From positions 7,491-71,490 of the forward strand of contig CAKVMH010000004.1 in the NCBI GenBank assembly GCA_934772045.1: DNA of 64,000 bases, given 5' to 3'. The stretch is from an uncultured Clostridia bacterium. GTDB lineage: Bacteria; Bacillota; Clostridia; Christensenellales; UBA1242. The notes below the pieces were generated by a model that was not told the DNA's origin, ran no database searches, and saw only the letters and a list, made by a program, of their open reading frames with translations. Within the stretch, counting starts at the first letter, position 1. Each line of letters begins with the position of its first letter. The translations under genes and the position numbers were made by a program. This document shows, piece after piece, positions 54,640 to 63,958 of the stretch.

Positions 54640-57600
54640 CTAACCTTCAATAACAACGATGTCGTCCTTATTTAAAATTGTTTCAAGTTCAAAAATTAAA
54701 CTTTGCCTTACCATAACACCCTGTGTTAGTTTATAGGCTTTGTTTGTTGCGGTGTCCTTAACGCAAACTGTATCAATGCCGACATATCCGTCTAAGATTT
54801 TTTTAACAGCTTGGTGCAATATGCCGTCGCTCATATTGTAGCGCAAACATAATTTTTTAGGTTTTACAATTTCTATTTCAGTTTCTTGCGTTTCAGGTTC
54901 GGAAGGGTCTTGCGTGGAAGCATCGCTCAATTGTTCAATGCTGTCTACTGTGATTGAAGGGCGTTTACCATCGCGCACTGAAAATCTACCTTTGATTGCA
55001 ACAAGTGTGTCTTTTTGTATTTCGTCTTTAAATTTGTCGTATGACTTGTTGAAAAGGACGGCTTCAAAACTTCCAGTTAAATCTTCAATTGTAAGGAATG
55101 CCATTTTGCTTCCGGTTTTGGTTTGAATTGTTTTAATTTCGGTTATTACGCCACCACAAGTCACAACATCGCCATTTTTTAAGCCGTTATAAAGTTCTTC
55201 TTCTGGGCCAAAATCTTCTAATTCCGCTGTGCCATTATCTTCTTCATCGTCAAGGCTTTCGCTTGGTATCATGCTGGAATCAAAGGTGAATGTTTTAATT
55301 GTGTCCATAAACCCGTCAAGTGGGTGGCCAGACAAATAAGTGCCGGAAATTTCACGCTCATATTGAAGTTTTACAGTGTTAACATATTCATTTATGTTAG
55401 GGTACTCATTTTCTTCAATAAGGTTAGTGTCTTCAATAAAATCGCCAAACAAGTCCATTTGTCCGTTCATCGATTTCTTTTTCCTTTCAATTGCGCGGTC
55501 AACCATTATGCTGTAAACCGCCATTAATTGGCTCCTTGGTCTGCCAAAGCAGTCAAACGCACCGGCCTTGATAAGTGATTCAATACAACGCTTGTTCAAC
55601 GCTTGAGAGTTGGAACGCCAAATAAAGTCTGCTAAATCTTTATAATCGCCGTTTGCTTTCCTTTCTTCAATAATCTCGTCAATGACGCCAACGCCCACAT
55701 TTTTAAGGGCGGCCAAACCAAAGCGGATAACTTTGCCGTCTGTGCTGAAATAGGTTTCACTTAAATTGATATCTGGTGGCAAAACTTGAATTTTTTCCGA
55801 TTTAGCATAGGCAATGTAATGCTTTAACTTTTCAATGTTTGTTATGCGGTTGTTAAGGGTGGAAGTGATAAATTCAGGCAAGTAGTAGTTCTTTAAATAC
55901 GCGGTTTGGTAGGTGATAAGTGAATACGCCGCCGCATGCGATTTATTAAACGCGTATGAAGCAAATGCTTCCATTTCGTTCCAAATTTTGTTTGCAGTTT
56001 CTTCGCTTACGCCATTGTTGATTGCACCAATAATTTTTGGGCTGTACTTGCCGTGGTCGTCGGTGTAGGCTTCACGCCCATAAAGGAAAGCGTCCTTCCA
56101 CTTCAACATTTCTTCCATTTTCTTTTTACCCATGGCACGCCTAATCATATCGGCTTGACCAAGAGTGAAACCTGCCATTGCTTGGCAAATTTTCATAACC
56201 TGTTCTTGGTAAACGATGCACCCATAAGTAACTTTCAAAATAGGTTCCAAAATAGGGTGGTCGTAAGTGGTGTCTTCTGGGTGGTGTTTGTTGTGAACAT
56301 ATCTAGGAATACTATCCATTGGGCCAGGGCGGTAAAGCGACACTGCCGCCACAATGTCTTCTATACAGGTTGGTTGTAATTCTTTTAAGAACTTTTTAAA
56401 ACCAGCCGATTCAATTTGGAAAATGCCTTCCGTGTTGCCAGTTGAAATGAGTTTAAATACGTTAGGGTCATCGTAACTGGCATGTTCAAAACTGATGTCA
56501 ATATTACGTGTTTTCTTAACAAGGTTAATTGTGCCTTTAATATCGGTAAGGTTCCTTAAACCCAAAAAGTCCATTTTTAAATGCCCAAGGTGCTCCATAT
56601 CAACACCTTCGTACTGCGTCGTAATATCTTCGCCGTTACGGCTCAATGGAACAAAGTCTTCCAAAACGCCTGCGCCAATGATAACGCCACAAGGGTGGGT
56701 GGTGCACTGGCGTGGGAAATCTTCCACTTTAAGGGCAATGTCCACAACGCGTTTAACTTGTGGGTCAGTGTTATACATTTCAACCAGTTCAGGCACTGCA
56801 TAAACTGTGCCAAAATCTTTATCGCCCGGCTTTGGCACATGGAAACCAAAAGCCTTAGGCAAAATTGGGCTTTTATACATAGGAATGATTTTTGTTATTT
56901 TATCGCAAAGAGAATAAGGCACACGCAAAACACGCCCCACATCTTTAATGGCGTTTTTCGCTTTCATTGTGCCAAATGCAATGATATGTACAACGCGGTC
57001 GTCACCATATTTGCGCCTTACATAATCAATAACTTCGCCACGGCGCACATCTTCAAAGTCTACGTCAAAATCGGGTGCGGAAACCCTTTCGGTGTTAAGG
57101 AAGCGCTCGAAGAACAGTTCAAATTTAAGTGGGTCAATGTTAGTAATGCCCATAGTGTAAGCCACAAGCGAACCAGCACCAGAACCACGCCCGGGTCCAA
57201 CAGAAATGCCCATTTTGCGCGCGGCGTTGATGTAATCCCACACAATAAGGAAGTATTCAATAAACCCTTGCTTTTCAATGACGCCAATTTCGGTTGCAAT
57301 ACGCTCCCTAATTTCATCGGTGTATTCGCCATATTTTTCTTTAACACCTTTGTCCACAAGGTTCATAAGGTATTCTTTCGGTGTTGCGCCAACTTCGGCA
57401 TTGTAACCGCCTTCCGGGGTATAACTAGGGAAGTGGTATTTGCCGTATTCAAACGAATAATTACATTTGTTTGCAATTTCAATGGTGTTATCCAAAGCTT
57501 CTTCATCATTTGGCAAACCTTCAAGCATTTGGTCGTAAGTTTTAAAATATAATTCATTAGTAGGGAATTTTAACCTGTCTGGGTCGTCAACAAACTTTTG

Positions 57601-58266
57601 CATAGCAACGCACATCAAAACATCTTGCATTTCTGCGTCTTCTTTGTAGAGGTAATGTACATCGTTTGTCGCAACAAGTTTAATGTCGAACTTTTTAGAG
57701 TATTCCCTCAATTTTTCATTGACAATTTGCTGTTCAGCAATGCCGTTTTGTTGAATTTCAAGGTAAAAATCGTCTTTAAAAAGATTTTTGAACCACAAAA
57801 TGAGTTCTTCTGCTTTTTTATATTGTTCTTGAATAATCAATTTAGGAATGTCACCAGCCAAACAAGCCGACAAACAAATTAAACCTTCATGGTACTTTTC
57901 AAGGGTTTTGTAGTCAATCCTAGGCTTGTAATAAAAACCATCACGGAAGGCAATAGTGTTCAGTTTGCAAATGTTTTTGTAACCTTGCTCGTTCTTAACC
58001 AAAATTATAAGGTGAGAGCGTTCTTGCTTGCCAGTTTTGTTGTAAAGGTCTTCTGCGACATAAAATTCCGTGCCAAAAATTGGTTTAATGCCTTCTGCCT
58101 TGCATGCGTCAAAAAAACGGGTGGAAGCGTACATATTGCCATGGTCGGTCATCGCAATTGCAGGCATGCCGTATTCTTTTGCTAATTTAACCGCTTTTTT
58201 AATGCGCGTTGCACCGTCAAGCAGTGAAAATTCAGTGTGTAAATGCAGATGAACAAAAGGTTTCAT
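54640..58266 (-). CDS. dnaE: DNA polymerase III alpha subunit, DnaE type
   Basis: N-terminal PHP domain FVHLHLHTEFSLLDGA, PDFDVDF catalytic motif, OB fold near the C-terminus. Confidence 0.96.
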   Translation of the reverse strand: MKPFVHLHLHTEFSLLDGATRIKKAVKLAKEYGMPAIAMTDHGNMYASTRFFDACKAEGIKPIFGTEFYVAEDLYNKTGKQERSHLIILVKNEQGYKNICKLNTIAFRDGFYYKPRIDYKTLEKYHEGLICLSACLAGDIPKLIIQEQYKKAEELILWFKNLFKDDFYLEIQQNGIAEQQIVNEKLREYSKKFDIKLVATNDVHYLYKEDAEMQDVLMCVAMQKFVDDPDRLKFPTNELYFKTYDQMLEGLPNDEEALDNTIEIANKCNYSFEYGKYHFPSYTPEGGYNAEVGATPKEYLMNLVDKGVKEKYGEYTDEIRERIATEIGVIEKQGFIEYFLIVWDYINAARKMGISVGPGRGSGAGSLVAYTMGITNIDPLKFELFFERFLNTERVSAPDFDVDFEDVRRGEVIDYVRRKYGDDRVVHIIAFGTMKAKNAIKDVGRVLRVPYSLCDKITKIIPMYKSPILPKAFGFHVPKPGDKDFGTVYAVPELVEMYNTDPQVKRVVDIALKVEDFPRQCTTHPCGVIIGAGVLEDFVPLSRNGEDITTQYEGVDMEHLGHLKMDFLGLRNLTDIKGTINLVKKTRNIDISFEHASYDDPNVFKLISTGNTEGIFQIESAGFKKFLKELQPTCIEDIVAAVSLYRPGPMDSIPRYVHNKHHPEDTTYDHPILEPILKVTYGCIVYQEQVMKICQAMAGFTLGQADMIRRAMGKKKMEEMLKWKDAFLYGREAYTDDHGKYSPKIIGAINNGVSEETANKIWNEMEAFASYAFNKSHAAAYSLITYQTAYLKNYYLPEFITSTLNNRITNIEKLKHYIAYAKSEKIQVLPPDINLSETYFSTDGKVIRFGLAALKNVGVGVIDEIIEERKANGDYKDLADFIWRSNSQALNKRCIESLIKAGAFDCFGRPRSQLMAVYSIMVDRAIERKKKSMNGQMDLFGDFIEDTNLIEENEYPNINEYVNTVKLQYEREISGTYLSGHPLDGFMDTIKTFTFDSSMIPSESLDDEEDNGTAELEDFGPEEELYNGLKNGDVVTCGGVITEIKTIQTKTGSKMAFLTIEDLTGSFEAVLFNKSYDKFKDEIQKDTLVAIKGRFSVRDGKRPSITVDSIEQLSDASTQDPSEPETQETEIEIVKPKKLCLRYNMSDGILHQAVKKILDGYVGIDTVCVKDTATNKAYKLTQGVMVRQSLIFELETILNKDDIVVIEG

Positions 58267-59144
58267 TAGTTTTCTCCTTTATGCTTTTTGTAAATATCAA
58301 TAATCTTGTCAAGGCGGTATTTTATGCCAGCACGGCTGATGTCTTTATTTAATGCTTTCTGCAATTCACTGAGTGGACCATAAGGGTTGGCATAACGCAG
58401 TAAGGCAATTTCTTTTAAATTTTCGTCTAACAAATCTAAATTGTCGGTGTCGATAAAATAATTGATTGCTTTCATTTGCTCGGCACTGGCGTAAAGCGTT
58501 TTATCAAGGTTAGATTCAAAACAATTGTTCTGCCTGTTTGCCGTGTTACGAATTTCGCGCACTGCAAGGCTGTTTTGCACATCAAGGGCAGTGTACTTGG
58601 CACCAAGAAGCACCAAAAAGTCACAAATGATGTCACTATGTTTTGTGTAAAACACAACACCATTTTGGCGTGGCTTTGATTTAAAATCTAAATTAAACTC
58701 AACTAGTAATGATTTTATAAAGTTTTGACTTTCTGGACGCACAAAAAACTCTAAGTGATAGCCTTTTGAATTTTGATTGTTGTCCAACTCGCAATTAAAA
58801 TTGCCAACCAACAAAAATGCGGTTTTAAGGAGAGTAAGCCTGTCGCAATCGGTTACAAAAAGCGAATAATTAGGCTTATCGTCGATATTGCAATCAACCA
58901 AAATGCTTCGAACGTCGCCGGAAAGCGCCAAAAAATCTTTTAAACTGTTAACAATAATATTAGGGTAAAAGTTGTTTACAATTTTAACAACTTTTTCACA
59001 AATAAAGTCGGTGCTAGAAATTATTATACGGGAATTTGCAATGTCCACAAGCCCGCAAAAATCAATAACAACCGATAAAAAAGCATGGCTACAACAATTG
59101 TTAGACGGTATAGAATTAATGATTTGTTGTTTATAGCCAAGCAT
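58266..59144 (-). CDS. whiA: Sporulation/cell-division regulator WhiA
   Basis: Start at MLGYKQQI (AAGGAG upstream). LAGLIDADG-like N-terminal domains. C-terminal HTH region LSELQKALNKDISRAGIKYRL. Confidence 0.88.
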   Translation of the reverse strand: MLGYKQQIINSIPSNNCCSHAFLSVVIDFCGLVDIANSRIIISSTDFICEKVVKIVNNFYPNIIVNSLKDFLALSGDVRSILVDCNIDDKPNYSLFVTDCDRLTLLKTAFLLVGNFNCELDNNQNSKGYHLEFFVRPESQNFIKSLLVEFNLDFKSKPRQNGVVFYTKHSDIICDFLVLLGAKYTALDVQNSLAVREIRNTANRQNNCFESNLDKTLYASAEQMKAINYFIDTDNLDLLDENLKEIALLRYANPYGPLSELQKALNKDISRAGIKYRLDKIIDIYKKHKGEN

Positions 59145-59145
59145 T

Positions 59146-59922
59146 TTAACTCCTTTTCTTGCGTTTTTCCTTTTTGAATTTTGGTAAATCGTTATAATTG
59201 ACAATGCAACTATCTGGTAACCTTAACCTTAGGGCTGCTTCCAAGCCTAAATGACATTCGCCAACGCGTTTGCAGTGGTGTGCATCACTGTCAATCACAA
59301 ATTTACAACCTAATTGATAGCATGTCAAAATTTCTTTATCGCTCATGCCAAGGCGTTTGCCGTTAAGTTCAATCAATGTGTTTGTTTCTTTTGCAACACG
59401 CGCAACCTTTTCAACGTCAACTTTACATGCGTGGTTAAGGTGAGTGATGATGTCAATGTCATATTTTCGCATTGCGTTTATGTAAGCGTTAGTGTTCTTT
59501 TCACGCTGACGTTTGCTTGTGTGGTGGAAGATTTCACACATAATGTTTTTGATAACAAACTTCCATTGTTCACGTGTGCTTGTCGATTTAACAAACCTGT
59601 GAAAACCGCACAAAACAATGTCCAAATTGTCGTAATCGGACTCCACAATATCAATGTCACCTTGGCTACTTATCAAATTTGCTTCAACGCCAAGCAAAAC
59701 ATCGATAGGGTAACGCTCTTTGGCGTCTTCAATGTCCGCTTTAAGTTGTGGAATATCTTTGCGCCTAATGCCATAAAGTTTTTGGTTAAAACCATGGTCA
59801 GTAATTGCAATTTGCCTAAGCCCTTTTTGATAAGCGCAACGCACATTTTCTTCCACGGTTGATTTGCCGTGGTTGTTGCGCGAATATTTCGTGTGGGTGT
59901 GATAATCTGCCAAAATAGCCAT
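59146..59922 (-). CDS. PHP-family metal-dependent phosphoesterase
   Basis: MAILADYHTHTKYS...ITDHG PHP motifs. Confidence 0.85.
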   Translation of the reverse strand: MAILADYHTHTKYSRNNHGKSTVEENVRCAYQKGLRQIAITDHGFNQKLYGIRRKDIPQLKADIEDAKERYPIDVLLGVEANLISSQGDIDIVESDYDNLDIVLCGFHRFVKSTSTREQWKFVIKNIMCEIFHHTSKRQREKNTNAYINAMRKYDIDIITHLNHACKVDVEKVARVAKETNTLIELNGKRLGMSDKEILTCYQLGCKFVIDSDAHHCKRVGECHLGLEAALRLRLPDSCIVNYNDLPKFKKEKRKKRS

Positions 59923-60086
59923 AATAAACTCCTTTTGAAGGCTAGTTTGGCTTAATCTGCCAAAATAGCCATAATAAACTCCTTTTTGATGGCGATTTGG
60001 CCTAATCTGCCAAAATAGCCATAAATAACTCCTTTTGATGGCGATTTGGTCTAATCTGCCAAAATAGCCATAATAAACTCCTTATG
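59903..60086 (-). repeat. Tandem array, 50-bp unit x 4: SD + ATG + first 6 codons of the PHP gene (three upstream copies end in a stop)
   Basis: Unit starts at 59904, 59954, 60004 and 60053. Mini-ORFs ATGGCTATTTTGGCAGATTAR at 59952-59972, 60002-60022 and 60051-60071 (minus strand), each 6 nt after AAGGAG. Confidence 0.92.
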
Positions 60087-60258
60087 ATATTCCTTAAACT
60101 AATCCTGCATGTTATTATAACACGGCTGTTAAAAAAAAACAATCGTTTTACATTTTGCGTTAAACATTTTAAAATTTTTGGCATAAATTTAATTTGTTAA
60201 ATGTTACTTTTTATGCCAGCCATAACAAACCGTTATGGACTTGGATATTGCTTTGCTA

Positions 60259-60286
60259 TTGACAAATTGCGAATTTATGCTATACT
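60259..60286 (+). promoter_or_regulatory. Sigma-A-type promoter TTGACA-16-TATACT
   Basis: Hexamers at 60259-60264 and 60281-60286. Confidence 0.6.
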
Positions 60287-60349
60287 TAAGCCAAAAGAAA
60301 TAATAGGAGTTATTTTTAATTAATTAACAGTTCATTAAAAGGAGAACGT

Positions 60350-60808
60350 ATGTTTAATCGTGCTAAAAGGAAAAATTTAATTTTGGAATTGGTCGACCGC
60401 TATGATTATCTGGAAAAATTAACGGCAAACAAAAAAGTGCTAGGGAGTAAGGATTACAAAATATACCAAAATGAAAGGAAAAATTATATTGGAAGCACTA
60501 AAATTTGCGTAGATGTTGAAAGTTTAATTGACACTATATTATATATTGATGACACTTCAAATTCAAGCATAACTGGTTATCAAAAACCTAATATGGCTAG
60601 TGACAGGGCTTTAGAAGTTAAAAAGGCAGTTGGTTTGATATGTAGCCTTTTTGATGAAAGTGAAATGCCAGCATTGTTGGAAGAATTAGGCAAGTCAAAT
60701 TACATCACTTTGACAGTTGCGCAAATCAACAAAAATGAAACAATCAAAAAATCTGTAATTAGTTTGACACAGTGTAATTCAGCATTTGTTGATACACTGA
60801 ATTTATAA
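60350..60808 (+). CDS. 152-aa protein, unknown function
   Basis: SD AAAGGAG. No recognisable motif. Confidence 0.7.
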   Translation: MFNRAKRKNLILELVDRYDYLEKLTANKKVLGSKDYKIYQNERKNYIGSTKICVDVESLIDTILYIDDTSNSSITGYQKPNMASDRALEVKKAVGLICSLFDESEMPALLEELGKSNYITLTVAQINKNETIKKSVISLTQCNSAFVDTLNL

Positions 60809-60823
60809 CATTAGGGAGATGTT

Positions 60824-61324
60824 ATGCTTGAAATAACAAAATATATAAAAATCTATGAAAAATTTTCTGACCGACAAAAAGAATTGAAAGACAAATTGTA
60901 CAATTCAGTTTCTTCACTTGAAAAAGAAGAACAGGATAATTTAATTGCAGAAATTGATAGTTTAGACGCCAAAATGCAAGAAATTGAAAGCAAAACATTT
61001 GTATGCGAGATTAGCACTCTTAGGGAAAATGTTATTAAAATAATGCACAGGAAAGGCTATTTTGCCAACATGCCATACAAGGATTATGATGAAATCCGTT
61101 ATTATAAAGATGCAATGGCAAACCATGAAATTCGCAGAATGTACATTTTAGACGATGAATTTTGCAAAAAACAAATGGAAAAGTTTGGTGATTACGGTGA
61201 AATAGAATTACGTATAGATTTAATCCTTAATTCCTCAATTATGTACGAATCGGTTCTTCTTATGGAAAAGATGATTATGAAAAGAAAATATTTAAAGGAC
61301 AAATATAACATAGACATTTTTTAA
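60824..61324 (+). CDS. 166-aa protein, unknown function
   Basis: SD AGGGAG. Coiled-coil-like N-terminus. Its 3' end overlaps the convergent murB stop by 4 nt. Confidence 0.7.
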   Translation: MLEITKYIKIYEKFSDRQKELKDKLYNSVSSLEKEEQDNLIAEIDSLDAKMQEIESKTFVCEISTLRENVIKIMHRKGYFANMPYKDYDEIRYYKDAMANHEIRRMYILDDEFCKKQMEKFGDYGEIELRIDLILNSSIMYESVLLMEKMIMKRKYLKDKYNIDIF

Positions 61325-62238
61325 TCAACATATTCGATTTCGCGTTCTAAGGTGGCGGAGTATTTGGCGTAAATCACTTCTTCAATTTTTGTGATAAGTG
61401 CTTTTACATCCTTGCTGGTTGCGTTGCCTATATTCACAATGAACCCCGCATGTTTTGTTGAAACTTGTGCACCGCCGATTGTCGTTCCTTTTAACCCAGC
61501 TTCGTCAATCAATTTGGCGGGCAAAAAATTTGATCGCTTAAACACACTGCCTGCGTTGGGGTAACCTAATGGTTGGGCAGTTTGTTTTTTTGTTAAGGCG
61601 GTTTTTATGTTTTGTTCAATCCTTGATTTGTTTGATTTATCCAATTTTAATTTAACTTGAGTGATGATAAAATTTCCACTACTAAAAACACTGCCACGAT
61701 ATTTAAATTTACATTCCTTATTTGAAAGCGTATAGGTTTTAAAATATTTAATGCTTGTGTTCTTAGATGTTTTGTAACTGACAATGTCAGCCTTTTTCGG
61801 TGGAACATAAAATCCTTTAACATAAACCACAATGTTTGCTAATTCGTGCCCCCATGCACTTAAATTATTGAAAACGGCACCACCAAGCGTAGATGGTATG
61901 CCAGCAAATGCTTCTAATCCTGATAAGTTGTGCTTTTTTGTAATGTCAATTAATTCAGCCATTTTTATTCCAGCATTTGCAACAATATTTTCGCCTTTAA
62001 TCTTGCATTGTTTTGCACAATTTACGACAATTGCACCATTATATCCTAAATCATCAAAAAGCAAGTTTGCACCGCACCCAACCACCTTATATTTAATGTT
62101 TTGCATGCAACAATTTTTAATAACTTTTTTAATGGCATTGTTTGTATGCACTTTAAATAAAAAATTTGCATTTCCACCGATATTGAAAGTGCAAACTTTT
62201 TTTAATGACGCGTTTTTATAAACTTCAATTTTTTTCAC
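61321..62238 (-). CDS. murB: UDP-N-acetylenolpyruvoylglucosamine reductase
   Basis: FAD-binding pattern GGNANFLF, GCGANLLF, GIPSTLGGAVFNN. C-terminal MurB domain. Confidence 0.92.
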   Translation of the reverse strand: MKKIEVYKNASLKKVCTFNIGGNANFLFKVHTNNAIKKVIKNCCMQNIKYKVVGCGANLLFDDLGYNGAIVVNCAKQCKIKGENIVANAGIKMAELIDITKKHNLSGLEAFAGIPSTLGGAVFNNLSAWGHELANIVVYVKGFYVPPKKADIVSYKTSKNTSIKYFKTYTLSNKECKFKYRGSVFSSGNFIITQVKLKLDKSNKSRIEQNIKTALTKKQTAQPLGYPNAGSVFKRSNFLPAKLIDEAGLKGTTIGGAQVSTKHAGFIVNIGNATSKDVKALITKIEEVIYAKYSATLEREIEYVD

Positions 62239-63179
62239 TAATCAAACACTTTTGCAATTCTACACCTTAAAATTGCATTCTCCATGTCATTATATATGCC
62301 TTCCACGTAAAGTTTGTTTTTTAGGGCGGAAAACAAGTGATATTCACTAAGTTTTGCTTGGTTTTCACTAGCAAAACAACGCGCACAAAATTGCTCGATG
62401 ATGTTGTCGGTTCGCGTGCGAGCAATGTATTGTAAAAGGTCAGTGTAACTATCAATTGGTGTAATGCTCGCATTAGTTCTGCCAATTTTATTTAAGTTAT
62501 CAACCCTAAACACATCTCGCGCAGTTCCTAACAGAGCATGGTCTTGGTGATACACAAAATTTTTGTATGTGTCAAAAGGTGTACCAAAATTCACTGCAGT
62601 CAATTTGTTGTTTGCAAGGGCAATGGTTGGGCAGTTGTAACCTGTTGTGCCATATTCAATTCTATTTTCGCTTACACCATGTGAAAACATAGCATAGCCA
62701 CTTACAATGTATGGCAAAGCATAAACCTTTCCGTTGAATTTGCATGCATCAACAAGTTCACTTCTTACATCATGATTGTCATCAAAAGGGCATAGGTATT
62801 TTAAAATTGTTTTCCCAACACCAAAACCAAAAGAAATAATGTCAGGTTGTCCATCTTTTAATAAAATTTCAAGTTTTTGCGGTTCCACTTTTTGAACATT
62901 AATAAGCACACCGTCATTTTCTTTTTCTAACTGCCTAGCAATGCTTTTTAGGTAATCAATACGCGGTTTTGCGCCACCTTCAAATGTTTCAACATGCCAT
63001 ACGGTGTAAATTTTTGTTTCAACAACTGGTTTATTGTAAATTTCAAAGATATTGGCTTTTTTAAGCCCAAAACAGAACACATAAACACAAATGGCAACAA
63101 TGCAAATTAGACTGAAAAATTTAACAAAGATTTTGTTGTTAAACTTTTTTAAATTAAATGACGCAAAAAATTTTTTCAT
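62238..63179 (-). CDS. Membrane-anchored protein, unknown function (possible solute-binding-protein-like fold)
   Basis: N-terminal TM helix. 1-nt overlap with the murB start suggests co-translation. Confidence 0.65.
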   Translation of the reverse strand: MKKFFASFNLKKFNNKIFVKFFSLICIVAICVYVFCFGLKKANIFEIYNKPVVETKIYTVWHVETFEGGAKPRIDYLKSIARQLEKENDGVLINVQKVEPQKLEILLKDGQPDIISFGFGVGKTILKYLCPFDDNHDVRSELVDACKFNGKVYALPYIVSGYAMFSHGVSENRIEYGTTGYNCPTIALANNKLTAVNFGTPFDTYKNFVYHQDHALLGTARDVFRVDNLNKIGRTNASITPIDSYTDLLQYIARTRTDNIIEQFCARCFASENQAKLSEYHLFSALKNKLYVEGIYNDMENAILRCRIAKVFD

Positions 63180-63267
63180 AAAACAATTTATGATTAATTC
63201 TTACAAAATATATTAAAACGATTGTAGAATTTGTGAATTTATGGTATCTTGCTTGTAAGAGGATCCT

Positions 63268-63651
63268 ATGATTATAAATGAAGAAATTGTTAAAGCGTTT
63301 TTAAATAAAAACGGCGTGGAAGGGGTAAGGAGTATTGAATGTTTGAACGACAAATTTTACGGTGAACATGTTAAGGTTATTTTGGGCTATTACAATGCTG
63401 GTAAGTTTATAGTTACTGATATTTTGAGGTTTTACGATTATGTAGACATCGATCAAGAAGATGTAAGTTTTCTAGTTTTAGATAGTGTTGATTTCCGTAA
63501 ATTTGTTTATAAATATTTAAAAAAGACAAATATTTTACTTGCAGATAGTTATAAACAAAAAAATAATGAAATTCATCTTAAAAATATTAAAGCCATTAAA
63601 GATAATGCCAAAAGTGAACTTTCAAAAGAAAAAAATAATATAATAATCTAA
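63268..63651 (+). CDS. 127-aa protein, unknown function
   Basis: SD AAGAGGA. No recognisable motif. Confidence 0.65.
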   Translation: MIINEEIVKAFLNKNGVEGVRSIECLNDKFYGEHVKVILGYYNAGKFIVTDILRFYDYVDIDQEDVSFLVLDSVDFRKFVYKYLKKTNILLADSYKQKNNEIHLKNIKAIKDNAKSELSKEKNNIII

Positions 63652-63661
63652 TTAATTTATC

Positions 63662-63695
63662 AAACTTGCACACATGTTATGTGTAAGTTTTTTTA
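63662..63695 (+). terminator. Rho-independent terminator
   Basis: AAACTTGCACAC-ATGTTAT-GTGTAAGTTTTTTT. Confidence 0.7.
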
Positions 63696-63924
63696 TTACA
63701 TCAAAACTGATTATATTTACAAAGTGCACGTAAAAATCAAGTAACTTTTGACCTTATATGGTGTAAGTTGTTTAATTAATACTCATCATTTAGGTGATGT
63801 ATCTTTTAAGACTGTGAAAGAAATACATTTAAAAATTTTATATTTTTCACAAATACAAGACGGGCAAAATGCAAGTTAAATTTAACTTTATTGTTTTTTA
63901 TCTTTAAATAAAAGATTAAAATAA

Positions 63925-63952
63925 TTGAAAAACTTTTTATTTGTGGTATACT
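63925..63952 (+). promoter_or_regulatory. TTGAAA-16-TATACT promoter (extended -10 TG) ending 6 nt before an ATG (leaderless geometry)
   Basis: Hexamers at 63925-63930 and 63947-63952. ATG at 63959. Confidence 0.5.
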
Positions 63953-63958
63953 AACAAC

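Noticed and set aside
56581-57552. 323-aa plus-strand ORF antisense to dnaE (plus several 60-110-aa antisense ORFs across dnaE, rpoB, rpoC and secA)
   Set aside because: It lies entirely within a highly conserved essential gene on the opposite strand. Its composition is odd (Phe/Asn/His/Lys-rich) and there is no SD. Long antisense frames are typical of coding regions.
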